The translations under genes and the position numbers were made by a program. Shown piece after piece: positions 9,621 through 19,129 of a stretch of DNA of 64,000 bases. Each line of letters begins with the position of its first letter. The first letter of the stretch is position 1. Source of the stretch: Pseudomonadota bacterium (GTDB taxonomy: Bacteria; Desulfobacterota; Desulfovibrionia; Desulfovibrionales; Desulfovibrionaceae); the NCBI GenBank assembly GCA_043824835.1, contig JBDRSO010000100.1, forward strand, positions 3,311 to 67,310. Direction: 5' to 3'. Under the pieces are notes generated by a model. It saw only the letters and a program-made list of their open reading frames with translations. It was not told where the DNA came from and made no database searches.

Positions 9621-10877
9621 CTAGGGGTTGTTGTGCATGGACTCGATGAACTCGTCGGGCCAGAGGGCTGGCGAAGGATCGCCCTCAACGAGGCGCTTGC
9701 GCGCGTTGGCGTCGAGGGTGAAACGGTTCTTGATGAAACTGGTGTAGAACCCGGCCCCGTCGATGTCGCCGATGAGGATGCAGCCCACCAGGGTGTCGCC
9801 CTTGAAGACGAGCTTGCGGTAGACGCTCCTTTCACGGTCGAGGAAGGTTTCCATCTCACTCCCCTCTTCCGGGTTCGTCTGGCCCACGGAGACGGTCGCC
9901 AGGCCGTAGTAGGTGATGGAGTTCATGGACAGGCCGCCGGTGTAGGGCTTGGCCGCCCCAGCCATGTTCAGCCCGGCGTAGCGGCCCTGGGAATAGGCGT
10001 TGGGCCAGATGGGCCGCACGGTGAACTCGCCGGTGAGCATGTCCCTTGCCTCGGCCACATCGCCCGCCGCGAACACGTCGGGATCGCTGGTGGCCATGTG
10101 GTCGTCCACCCGGATGCCCTTGCCCGTGACAATGCCCGCCTCGACCGCCAGCCCCATGTTGGGCCGCACGCCAGCGGCCACGATGACCACGTCCGCATCC
10201 ACCATGCCCTGGTCGGTTTCCACACCCCGGATGGTGCCGTCGCCGTGCCGGACAATGGCCTTGGTGCCGGTGCCCTGCATGAAGCGGATGCCGTTTTTCT
10301 CAAGGTGTTCGACGATGATGTCACTGGCCGTTTCGTCGAAATAGGTGCGCATGATCCGGGAGCGCACGACGATGGTCACGCCCACACCCTTTTCGGCAAA
10401 CCCCTCGGCGGCCTTCAGCGCAATGAGACCCGCGCCGATGACCACGACGTTTTTGACCTTGTCCACCAATTCGCGCAGGGCCTCGGCGTGGGCCACGGTG
10501 GTGAAATTGTACACGCCCGTCCCGTCGATGCCGGGCAGGTCGGGATTGGCTGGCGCGCCACCCGTGGCCAGCAGCAGCTTGCCATAGGGCACGGTCTCCC
10601 CGCCTTCAAGAATCACCTTCCTGGCCTCAGTGTCCACCGAGACCACGCGGGAGGCGAGCTTCATCTCTACCTTGTTCTTCGTGTAGAACGCCTCGGGCCT
10701 GTAGGGGAGCGTCTCGAATTTGATCTTGTCGGACAGGTAGTAGGAGATGAGCGGCCGCCCGTAAGTGGGCACCGCCTCGTCACTGATGACGAGAATCCGG
10801 CCCTCGGCGTCATGTTGTCGAATTCCTTCGATTGCACCGATGGCAGAAACACCGTTTCCTACAATTACGTAATCCAT
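9621..10877 (-). CDS. FAD/NAD(P)-dependent pyridine nucleotide-disulfide oxidoreductase family protein (NADH oxidase / rubredoxin reductase-like)
   Basis: Two Rossmann dinucleotide motifs: VIVGNGVSAIGA and VVVIGAGLIALKAAE. Also FAAGDVA. Trimmed to ATG 10877 (MDYVIVGNG) with GGGGGAAC upstream. Confidence 0.8.
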   Translation of the reverse strand: MDYVIVGNGVSAIGAIEGIRQHDAEGRILVISDEAVPTYGRPLISYYLSDKIKFETLPYRPEAFYTKNKVEMKLASRVVSVDTEARKVILEGGETVPYGKLLLATGGAPANPDLPGIDGTGVYNFTTVAHAEALRELVDKVKNVVVIGAGLIALKAAEGFAEKGVGVTIVVRSRIMRTYFDETASDIIVEHLEKNGIRFMQGTGTKAIVRHGDGTIRGVETDQGMVDADVVIVAAGVRPNMGLAVEAGIVTGKGIRVDDHMATSDPDVFAAGDVAEARDMLTGEFTVRPIWPNAYSQGRYAGLNMAGAAKPYTGGLSMNSITYYGLATVSVGQTNPEEGSEMETFLDRERSVYRKLVFKGDTLVGCILIGDIDGAGFYTSFIKNRFTLDANARKRLVEGDPSPALWPDEFIESMHNNP

Positions 10878-11122
10878 ATGGTTCCCCCTGTCGTCGACAT
10901 TCAATAAATTTCTAATTTTGTAAAAACAGGCTACAAAATCGTGTGAAATCTCTGATTACTCATTTTTTTTCCAAAAATCCATAACATTTAATTCAAACAC
11001 ATGTTTCTATTTAATAAACTGAAATAAATAGGCTTTTTGCCAGATCAAAGAATTTGCCAGAAGGCGTGAGAAACGCTATTTACAACACCTTCCATTCACC
11101 ACGAGGAGACGAAGGACCCACA

Positions 11123-12541
11123 GTGAGCATACACGGCAACACGGTACTTATTGCGAACAGGGGCGAAATCGCCGTGAGGATCATGCAGGCATGCACCGAC
11201 CTCGGGCTTGATTTCGTGGCCCTTTACACCGAAGAAGACAGGCTTTCCGGCCATGTGGACGCCGCCCGCAGGCTGGGCGGCGACAAGGCCGTCTACCGCA
11301 TCACCAACTATCTCGACGCGGGCGACATCCTCTCGGTGGCTGATCAGGCCGGGGCCACGGCCATCCATCCGGGTTACGGATTCTTCTCGGAGAACTACCG
11401 CTTCGCCCGGCGCGTCAGCGAGCGCGACAGGCCCATGGCCTTCATCGGCCCCTCCTGGCGGGTCATCCGCGACCTGGGCGACAAGATCAACACCAAGCGG
11501 CTGGCCCGCGGTCTGGGCGTGCCCACGGTGCCGGGCTCGGACCGCGCCATCTATGATGAGATGGAGGCCGAGACCATTGCCGAGAATCTCTTTGAATTCC
11601 AGGCAAACATGGGCATCAAGCGGCCCGTTGTCCTAGTCAAGGCGTCGGCTGGCGGCGGCGGCATGGGCATCGACGAGGTCGAGGACATGGCCCGCTTCCG
11701 CCAGACATACCGCCGCATTCGCAACTATTCCCTGCGCACCTTCAACGACGAAGGCGTGCTCATCGAACAGCGTGTCTTCAACTTCAATCACCTCGAAGTG
11801 CAGATCGTGTCCGACCGCAGTGGCAAGAACCCGGTCCACTTCGGTACCCGCAACTGCTCGGTGCAGAGCCCTGGCCTGCAAAAGCGCATCGAGGTGGCCC
11901 CGGGCTTCTGGCCCCAGGCCCTGCGCTACGAATTCGACGCGACCAGGGTGATCGACGACATCACCGGCTACTCCCTGTCCATCGCCCGAGAGATCGGCTA
12001 TGACAACGTGGGCACCTGGGAGTGGATCGTCACCCCTGATGGCAAGCCCTTTCTCATGGAGGTCAACACCCGCATCCAGGTGGAGAACGGTGTGTCGGCC
12101 GATATCGCGTCCGTCAGGGGCGACGGCAACGTCAACCTCATCCGCGAGCAGATCCGAATCGGCCTTGGCGAGCCCCTGGGCTACACCCAGAAGGACGTCT
12201 CCTTCGACGGCGTGAGCATTGAATACCGGCTCATCGCCGAGGACACCGAGAACGGCTTCGCCCCATGGGTGGGCCGCATCAACGAGTTGCAATGGACGCC
12301 GCGCGAATGGCTGGCCGTGCACACCCATGTGCCCCTGGACCGGCCCTATCAGATTCCCACCGAGTACGACCCCAACCTGGCCCTGGCCATCATCCGGGGC
12401 GCGGACCTGGAGGAGGCCAAGCGTCGCGGGCTCGATTTCCTGGCCGACCTCAAGCTCGCGGGCATGGACTCCGGCGGCGGAGCCATGAAGTCGAACATCC
12501 CCTTCCTGCAGGATCGCACCGAAAACCTGCTTGAATTCTAG
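11123..12541 (+). CDS. Biotin carboxylase-family ATP-grasp enzyme (AccC-like, atypical)
   Basis: Motifs: VLIANRGEIAVRIMQA; glycine loop ASAGGGGMGI; EVNTRIQVENGVS. The start is either GTG 11123 (GAGGAG upstream) or TTG 11054. No biotinyl domain is present. Confidence 0.85.
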   Translation: MSIHGNTVLIANRGEIAVRIMQACTDLGLDFVALYTEEDRLSGHVDAARRLGGDKAVYRITNYLDAGDILSVADQAGATAIHPGYGFFSENYRFARRVSERDRPMAFIGPSWRVIRDLGDKINTKRLARGLGVPTVPGSDRAIYDEMEAETIAENLFEFQANMGIKRPVVLVKASAGGGGMGIDEVEDMARFRQTYRRIRNYSLRTFNDEGVLIEQRVFNFNHLEVQIVSDRSGKNPVHFGTRNCSVQSPGLQKRIEVAPGFWPQALRYEFDATRVIDDITGYSLSIAREIGYDNVGTWEWIVTPDGKPFLMEVNTRIQVENGVSADIASVRGDGNVNLIREQIRIGLGEPLGYTQKDVSFDGVSIEYRLIAEDTENGFAPWVGRINELQWTPREWLAVHTHVPLDRPYQIPTEYDPNLALAIIRGADLEEAKRRGLDFLADLKLAGMDSGGGAMKSNIPFLQDRTENLLEF

Positions 12542-12552
12542 CCAACCACATC

Positions 12553-14799
12553 ATGAGCATAGAAAAAAAACTCACGGAACTCATGCAGCGGATCAACTAC
12601 GCCCGCGACATCCTCGGCAACAAGGACCGGCCCGAACTGGACGCCTTTGCCAAGGAGATAGCCGAGTTTCCCGACAAGAACATCGTCGTGGCCGACGACC
12701 GGGCCATGCGCGCCCTTCAGTCCCTCGAAAAGCGCATCTCCACCATGGAGACGGCCATCGACGCGCAACTCACGGCCATGGACAAGGTGCGCATCGTGCG
12801 CCATCCCCAGCGCATCTGCCTCAAGGACATCCTTGAAAACGTCTACGACAATTACACCGAGATAGGCGGCAAGGACGAGCACTCCATCGATCCCGGCATG
12901 CTCATCGCCAGGGCCTACATCACCCGCCGCAAGGGCAAGAAGATCATCAACCAGCCGGTCATGGTGGTGGGCCAGGAAAAGGGCCACGGCCAGGAGTTCC
13001 GCAACGGCGGCTCCATCAAGCCCTGGGGCAACAGCAAGGCCCTCAAGTACATGAAGGTAGCGGCCAGGGAGCAGATCCCCATCCATACCTACGTGAACAC
13101 CCCGGGCTCCTACCCGGTGGAGGACTTTCCAGGCGCGGCCCAGCAGATCGCGGAGAACATCTACGAGATGGCAGGCCTGTCGGTGCCCGTCATCACCATC
13201 TTCTCCGAGGGCGGCTCGGGCGGGGCCGAGGCCATCGGCATGGCCGACAAGCGCCTCATGCTCTCCCACGGCTACTATTCGGTCATCTCGCCCGAGGGTG
13301 CGGCCGCCATCGAGGGGCGCATCAAGGGCTCGGAGCGCGCCCCGACAGAGCTCATCGAATCCTGCGCCATCGCCCAGCAGATCACGGCCCAGGACAACTT
13401 AAGAAACGGCTATATCGACGCCATCATCCAGGAGCCGCCCCTCGGCGCGCGCCCTGACCACTTCGACTTCTACAAACAGCTGCGCGAGCAGGTGGTCCGG
13501 GCCACGGACGAGGTCACACTGTCCGTGCGCGGCTTGAGGCTGGTCCGGGCCTTCACCATGCGCCACTTCCACAAGAACACGGACATCATCGTGCGCTGGA
13601 ATCTCACCGAGAACGCACGCGAGCGCCTCGTTGCGCGCCGCTTCAAGAAATACCGCAAGCTGGGGACGCAGGCCTACATCGACGAGCGCTCCCTGCTCGA
13701 CAAGCTCAGCGCCACCAGCAGCGACATCGTCTCCTCCACCACCTCGGCGGTCAACTACGGCCTGGTCAAACCATTCAGGCAGAAGGTGGGCCGCATCATC
13801 GAGGAGGCCATGGACGAGATCCACGTGGTCACCGCCAAGCTGGACTCCCTCTACCGGTCCTCGCTCAAGAAGCTGGGCGTCAAGTCCACCGGCGACCGGC
13901 AAAAGGAGATGGAGCTGACCGGATTGTCCCGGAACGATTCAGGCGATACCTGCACGGACAATGGCTGCGACTATGTCAGCCCCCAGGCGCGAGCGGACCG
14001 GGAAATCTCCTGCCCCCACGCCGAGAAGCGCGGCTGCCTCGACATCTGGGCGCGCGACCTGTTCACCGACTTCTCCGGGGTCTGCCCGCACTGCGGTTAC
14101 AACTTCCCCATGGAGTACCAGTGGTATCTCCACAATGTCTTTGACAAGGGGTCCATCCGCGAGTTCAACCGCGACATCGTGGCGGGCAACCCCACCGGCT
14201 TCCCCGGCTTTGACAAGCGGATCGAGACGGCCAGGGACAAGACCGGGCTCAAGAGCAGCTGCATGACCTTCAACGCCAGCCTGGAGGGCATCCGCCTCAC
14301 CTGCGCCACGCTCATCGCCAACTTCCGGGGCGGCTCCGTGGGCGCGGCCGAGGGCGAGAAGTTCATCCGCGCCCTGGAACTGGCCCAATCCAAGCACCAG
14401 CCCTTCCTGGCCTATGTCCACGGCACGGCGGGCATCCGCATCCAGGAGGGCGTCAACGGCCTCATCCAGATGCCGCGCTGCACCATGGCCGTGCGCAAAT
14501 ACATCGAGGAGGGCGGCCTCTACATCGTCCTCTACGACACCAACTCTTACGCAGGGCCTGTGGCCTCGTTCCTCGGTTGCTCCCCCTACCAGTACGCGGT
14601 GCGCTCCTCGCGGCTCGGCTTTGCCGGCCCCGGCGTGATCAAGGAGACCACCGGCGTGGAAATCCCGCCCGACTACCACAATTGCTTCAAGGCCCTCTCC
14701 CGGGGCCACATCCAGGGCGTGTGGAGCCGCAAGGACATCCGCAAGAACCTCCAGCAGGCGTTCCAGACCATCGGCGGCCGCAACCTCTACTACCGCTGA
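12553..14799 (+). CDS. Fused carboxyltransferase: AccA-like N-terminal half plus AccD-like C-terminal half
   Basis: The N-terminal half is AccA-like (RHPQR...GGSGGAEAIG). The C-terminal half carries an AccD-type zinc ribbon (CPH...C...CPHCGYNFPM) and a crotonase-fold carboxyltransferase domain. Confidence 0.88.
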   Translation: MSIEKKLTELMQRINYARDILGNKDRPELDAFAKEIAEFPDKNIVVADDRAMRALQSLEKRISTMETAIDAQLTAMDKVRIVRHPQRICLKDILENVYDNYTEIGGKDEHSIDPGMLIARAYITRRKGKKIINQPVMVVGQEKGHGQEFRNGGSIKPWGNSKALKYMKVAAREQIPIHTYVNTPGSYPVEDFPGAAQQIAENIYEMAGLSVPVITIFSEGGSGGAEAIGMADKRLMLSHGYYSVISPEGAAAIEGRIKGSERAPTELIESCAIAQQITAQDNLRNGYIDAIIQEPPLGARPDHFDFYKQLREQVVRATDEVTLSVRGLRLVRAFTMRHFHKNTDIIVRWNLTENARERLVARRFKKYRKLGTQAYIDERSLLDKLSATSSDIVSSTTSAVNYGLVKPFRQKVGRIIEEAMDEIHVVTAKLDSLYRSSLKKLGVKSTGDRQKEMELTGLSRNDSGDTCTDNGCDYVSPQARADREISCPHAEKRGCLDIWARDLFTDFSGVCPHCGYNFPMEYQWYLHNVFDKGSIREFNRDIVAGNPTGFPGFDKRIETARDKTGLKSSCMTFNASLEGIRLTCATLIANFRGGSVGAAEGEKFIRALELAQSKHQPFLAYVHGTAGIRIQEGVNGLIQMPRCTMAVRKYIEEGGLYIVLYDTNSYAGPVASFLGCSPYQYAVRSSRLGFAGPGVIKETTGVEIPPDYHNCFKALSRGHIQGVWSRKDIRKNLQQAFQTIGGRNLYYR

Positions 14800-14802
14800 T
14801 TC

Positions 14803-14866
14803 GCGTCTGGACACCAGACGCCGACACCATCCACGGGGCGGCCGCGATATGCGGCCGCCCCTTTTT
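14803..14866 (+). terminator. Tandem hairpins ending the carboxylase operon
   Basis: First hairpin: gcgtctgg/aca/ccagacgc (14803-14821). Then a perfect 11-bp stem ggggcggccgc/gatat/gcggccgcccc plus TTTTT (14835-14866). Confidence 0.85.
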
Positions 14867-14998
14867 CCCTCACAATCTCCCCACAATCGTCACCCGCAGG
14901 TAACAACTACCCACCCACTCCATGTAGAAATTCCATGTCGTTGACGTGGTCATGCGTCGGCGCGGACGATCTTGCCTCATGAACATGGGAGGATCATC

Positions 14999-17284
14999 AT
15001 GACCGGCTCCTTACTCGAACGACTCATGCGGAACATGACATATAACGCCCAAGGCGCAGGAATGCATTACGAACTCCCAGAGAATGCCCAGATCGACAGA
15101 ACCGTCAGCAATGAGAGCGGTTATACCCTCGTGCTCATCGCCATAAGGGACTTCGCCGTCCTGACTGAAATGTACGGCCAGGGCTTCATCGACCAGCTCG
15201 AACACGAGCTCAAGGACGCTCTGGCCGCCACGGCCCAGGACAACGAAGACTGCCGCGACATGGCCGTGCTCACGGTCGGCTCGGGTGAGGTGGCATTCAT
15301 CATACCGCGCAGGAACGCCCCGGCAGACATGGCCTATGAGTACAAACTCAAGGCCCAGAACGGACTGAAGCGGACCATGTTCAACCACACCGGCATCGGC
15401 ATCGACCTCGGCATGGGGTTCGCGGCCCTTGATGTCGGAACCAGTGACTCGATCCGCTTCGACGCGGCCCTGCGCGAGGCCAGGCGCATCCTGCGCACCC
15501 CGCTGGACATGCAGGGCCTTTCCATAGCCAACACCTACAACGACATCCTGGCCCGAAAGCGGATCACCACCCACTACCAGCCCATCCTGGACTTCAAGTC
15601 CGGCTCCATCCTCGGCTGGGAGGCGCTCTCCAGGGGACCAGAGGGAACGTCATTCCGCTCACCGGTCATCCTCTTCGAGACCGCCGAGCAGTTCGGTCGG
15701 CTCTTTGCCCTCGAGCGGGTCTGCCGCGAGTCGGCCATAGCCAATGTCGGCCCGTTGGGCGATGGACAGAAGCTCTTCATCAACATCCACCCCAAGACCA
15801 TGGCCGACCCGGAATTCACCCCGGGCAGGACTCTGGAAGTCCTGACCTCGGTCGGACTGACCCCGGACGACATTGTCTTTGAGATCACCGAGCGGCACAG
15901 CGTGCAGGAGTTCGCCCTTTTCTATCGCACGCTGGACCACTACCGCAGCCAGGGATTTCGCGTGGCCGTGGACGACGCCGGGGCCGGGTACGCGGGCCTG
16001 ACCCTCATCGCCCAGCTTCAGCCCGAGTTCATCAAGCTCGACAAATCCCTCATCGACGGAATTCACAAGGACCCCGTCAAGCGCGCCCTAGTGGAAACCA
16101 CCGTCAACTTCGCCGACAAGATCGGCGCGCGCATCATCGCCGAGGGCATCGAGACCAAGGCCCAGACCCTCTGCCTCAAGGACATCGGCGTCCACTGCGG
16201 CCAGGGGTATTTCCTGGCCAGACCGGCCATGCCCAAGCCAGAACTGAGCAAGGAGTGCCTGGGCATCCAGTCCATCAGCGAAGTGAGCTCGCGATCCATC
16301 ACCTGTTCCCTGCCCATTGGCGACCTTGCCCATCCGCCCCACTCGGTACCGGCTGATTACCTCGTCTCGGACGCGCAGGATTTCTTCAAGAACAACAGCA
16401 GATTCTCAAGCATCGTGGTCACGGAAGAGGACATCCCGCGCGGACTGGTCATGGAATACCACCTCAACCGCCAGCTCTCGTCGCAATATGGTATCGCCCT
16501 GTACCACCGCCGTCCCATCGAAGCTGTCATGGACGCCAGCCCGCTCCTGGTCGAGTTGGACACCCCGGTGGAACAGGCGGCGCACCAGGCCATGAAGCGG
16601 GAGCATCTCAAGGCCTATGACGACATCATCATCACCAGGAAGGGCCGCCTCTACGGTATTGTCTCGGTGCAGACCCTGCTCAACGCCATGGCCAAGATCC
16701 AGGTGGAGATGGCCAAGGGAACCAATCCCCTCACCGGCCTGCCCGGCAACGTGGCCATCGAACAGGAGGTGGAGAGCCGCATCGCCCAGAACCGGCGCTT
16801 CAGCATCATCTACGCCGATCTCGATCACTTCAAGGTTTACAACGACACCTACGGATTCAAGAACGGCGACGGCGTCCTCAAGCTGGCCGCAGACATCATG
16901 AGCTGGGCCGCACGCAAACATGCGGGCCAGGAAGCCAGGGTGTGCCACATCGGCGGCGACGACTTCGTGCTCATCACCCCACCCGAGTCGGTAGAGCGTA
17001 TCTGTCGCTCCATCCATCGCTGCTTCGGCAGGCTGATCAAGCGGTGCTACTGCCCCGAAGATCGCGCCAGAGGGTGGATCACGGCCGTTGGACGCGATGG
17101 CAAGGAGCGAGACTACCCCCTGGTCAGCATCTCCCTTGGTGTCATCGAGATATGCGGCAAATGCTCCCTCATGGAAATCGGCGAGCGGGCCGCCCACGTC
17201 AAGAAATACGCCAAATCCCAGGAGGGCAACTCTGTGGCCATGGACCGCCGCCCGCCCCTGGGCTCCCCCGAAACCGGTCGATAG
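14999..17284 (+). CDS. Cyclic-di-GMP signalling protein: degenerate GGDEF-like domain, EAL, CBS pair, GGDEF (GGDDF)
   Basis: EAL motifs: WEALSRGPEG, VDDAGAGYAG, IIAEGIE, QGYFLARP. The C-terminal cyclase fold has YADLDHFKVYNDTYGF and HIGGDDFVLI. The N-terminal domain has GSGEV in place of GGDEF. Start ATG 14999 with GGGAGG upstream. Confidence 0.88.
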   Translation: MTGSLLERLMRNMTYNAQGAGMHYELPENAQIDRTVSNESGYTLVLIAIRDFAVLTEMYGQGFIDQLEHELKDALAATAQDNEDCRDMAVLTVGSGEVAFIIPRRNAPADMAYEYKLKAQNGLKRTMFNHTGIGIDLGMGFAALDVGTSDSIRFDAALREARRILRTPLDMQGLSIANTYNDILARKRITTHYQPILDFKSGSILGWEALSRGPEGTSFRSPVILFETAEQFGRLFALERVCRESAIANVGPLGDGQKLFINIHPKTMADPEFTPGRTLEVLTSVGLTPDDIVFEITERHSVQEFALFYRTLDHYRSQGFRVAVDDAGAGYAGLTLIAQLQPEFIKLDKSLIDGIHKDPVKRALVETTVNFADKIGARIIAEGIETKAQTLCLKDIGVHCGQGYFLARPAMPKPELSKECLGIQSISEVSSRSITCSLPIGDLAHPPHSVPADYLVSDAQDFFKNNSRFSSIVVTEEDIPRGLVMEYHLNRQLSSQYGIALYHRRPIEAVMDASPLLVELDTPVEQAAHQAMKREHLKAYDDIIITRKGRLYGIVSVQTLLNAMAKIQVEMAKGTNPLTGLPGNVAIEQEVESRIAQNRRFSIIYADLDHFKVYNDTYGFKNGDGVLKLAADIMSWAARKHAGQEARVCHIGGDDFVLITPPESVERICRSIHRCFGRLIKRCYCPEDRARGWITAVGRDGKERDYPLVSISLGVIEICGKCSLMEIGERAAHVKKYAKSQEGNSVAMDRRPPLGSPETGR

Positions 17285-17315
17285 AAAAAGCCCTCCGTCG
17301 CGGACGACGAAGGGC
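17285..17315. terminator. Terminator hairpin between convergent genes
   Basis: gccctccgtcg/cgga/cgacgaagggc with one mismatch. The upstream A-run gives a U-tract for the minus-strand ettA transcript. Confidence 0.6.
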
Positions 17316-17341
17316 CTGTCATTTCACGCTGTCCGGAAGGA

Positions 17342-19024
17342 TCAGCGGGTCAGCCTGCGGAACTTGATCCGGTGGGGCTGGTCCGCGTCAACGCCCAGCC
17401 GCTTCTTGCGGTCCAGCACGTAGTCGGTGTAGTTGCCCTCCACGAAGACGGCCCGGGAGTCGCCCTCAAAGGCGATGATGTGGGTGGCCACGCGGTCCAG
17501 GAACCAACGGTCGTGGCTGATGACCAGCACGCAGCCGGCGAAGTTGTCCAGCCCGTCCTCAAGTGCGCGCATGGTGTTCACGTCAAGGTCGTTGGTGGGC
17601 TCGTCAAGAAGCAGCACATTGGCCCCGGACTTGAGCATCTGGGCGAGGTGGACACGATTGCGCTCGCCGCCGGAGAGCACGTCAACCGGCTTCTGCTGGT
17701 CCTGCCCGGCGAAGTTGAAGCGCGAGCAGTAGGCACGGGCGTTGATATCGCGGTCGCCCAGCTTGATGAACTCCGCCCCGCCGCTGATGACCTCGTACAC
17801 GGTCTTGCCCGGGGTCAGCGATGCGCGGTTTTGATCGGCGTAGGCCAGCGTGACCGTGGAGCCGAGGATCAACTCGCCCGAGTCGGGCTTCTCCTCGCCC
17901 ACGATCATCTTGAAGAGGGTGGACTTGCCCGCGCCGTTGGGACCGACGATGCCCACGATGGCGTTGGGCGGCAGGATGAAGTTCATGTCTTCCACCAGCA
18001 GACTGTCGCCCATGGACTTGGCCACATGCTCGGCCACCACCACCTGCTTGCCCAGATGCGGCCCGGGCGGGATGTATATCTGCAGATCATCAGCCAGCCG
18101 CTGGCTCTCGTGGCTGAGCATGGACTCATAGGCGTTGATGCGCGCCTTGCCCTTGGCCCGGCGGCCCTTGGGCGACATGCGTATCCACTCAAGCTCACGC
18201 TCAAGGGTCTTCTGGCGCTCCGACTCGGACTTGCTCTCCTGGTTGAGCCGGTTCTGCTTCTGTTCGAGCCAGGATGAGTAGTTGCCCTTCCAGGGAATGC
18301 CCCGGCCGCGATCCAGTTCCAGAATCCAGCCGGCCACGTTGTCGAGAAAGTAGCGGTCGTGGGTCACGGCGATGACCGTGCCCGGGAACTGGGACAGGAA
18401 TTTTTCCAGCCAGCCCACGGAGTCGGCGTCCAGGTGGTTGGTGGGCTCGTCAAGGAGCAGGATGTCCGGGGCCTGGAGCAGCAGGCGGCACAGGGCCACG
18501 CGGCGGCGCTCACCGCCGGAGATGACCGAGACCAGGGTGTCCGACGGCGGGCAGCGCAGGGAATCCATGGCCATGTCGAGTTTGGAGTCGATGTCCCAGG
18601 CGCCCTTGGCGTCCATCAGTTCCTGGACCCTGCCCTGGCGCTCGATGAGGGCGTCCATCTCGTCCGCCTCCATGGGCTCGGCGAACTTCTCATTGATCTC
18701 GTTGTATTCGCGGACAATGGCCATGATCTCGGCCACGCCCTCCTCCACTACCTCACGCACGGTGCGGGTTTCGTCCACCAGCGGCTCCTGCTCCAGGTAG
18801 CCCACGGTGTATCCTTCCTTGACGTGCGTCTCGCCCTCGAACTCCGTGTCCACGCCCGCCAGAATCCTGAGCAGCGAGCTCTTGCCCGAGCCATTGAGGC
18901 CGAGCACGCCGATCTTGGCGCCGTGGAAGTAGGACAGGGATATGCTTTTCAGTACTTCACGCTGCCCGTGACGCTTGGTCACCTTGTACATGGAGTAGAT
19001 GATCTTTTCCGACTCGTTGCTCAT
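17342..19024 (-). CDS. ettA: Energy-dependent translational throttle protein EttA (ABC-F ATPase)
   Basis: Two NBDs (GLNGSGKSS, GPNGAGKST) and an N-terminus that aligns with the EttA family (YSMYKVTKRHG...). ATG 19024 is preferred because GAGGTG lies just upstream. The track start is GTG 19030. Confidence 0.92.
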   Translation of the reverse strand: MSNESEKIIYSMYKVTKRHGQREVLKSISLSYFHGAKIGVLGLNGSGKSSLLRILAGVDTEFEGETHVKEGYTVGYLEQEPLVDETRTVREVVEEGVAEIMAIVREYNEINEKFAEPMEADEMDALIERQGRVQELMDAKGAWDIDSKLDMAMDSLRCPPSDTLVSVISGGERRRVALCRLLLQAPDILLLDEPTNHLDADSVGWLEKFLSQFPGTVIAVTHDRYFLDNVAGWILELDRGRGIPWKGNYSSWLEQKQNRLNQESKSESERQKTLERELEWIRMSPKGRRAKGKARINAYESMLSHESQRLADDLQIYIPPGPHLGKQVVVAEHVAKSMGDSLLVEDMNFILPPNAIVGIVGPNGAGKSTLFKMIVGEEKPDSGELILGSTVTLAYADQNRASLTPGKTVYEVISGGAEFIKLGDRDINARAYCSRFNFAGQDQQKPVDVLSGGERNRVHLAQMLKSGANVLLLDEPTNDLDVNTMRALEDGLDNFAGCVLVISHDRWFLDRVATHIIAFEGDSRAVFVEGNYTDYVLDRKKRLGVDADQPHRIKFRRLTR

Positions 19025-19129
19025 TATCACCTCATAAAAAGGGTTGTCTCGTGGGCAAGAGCTTTTGCAAAGAAGCCGCCCTTTGTAAAGGGATATCCTT
19101 GGCCACCTCGCCAGCCGCCCGCCCGCCGA

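Noticed and set aside
12482-12493. AMKS near the C-terminus of the biotin carboxylase as a biotinylation motif
   Set aside because: There is no surrounding ~70-aa biotinyl/lipoyl beta-sandwich and the sequence lies 15 aa from the stop. It is most likely a coincidental match.
19067-19081. GGGCGG-N5-TTGC on the minus strand upstream of ettA as a sigma-54 promoter
   Set aside because: Only the GG and GC dinucleotides match and the rest of the -24 box is poor. A housekeeping translation factor is an unlikely RpoN target.
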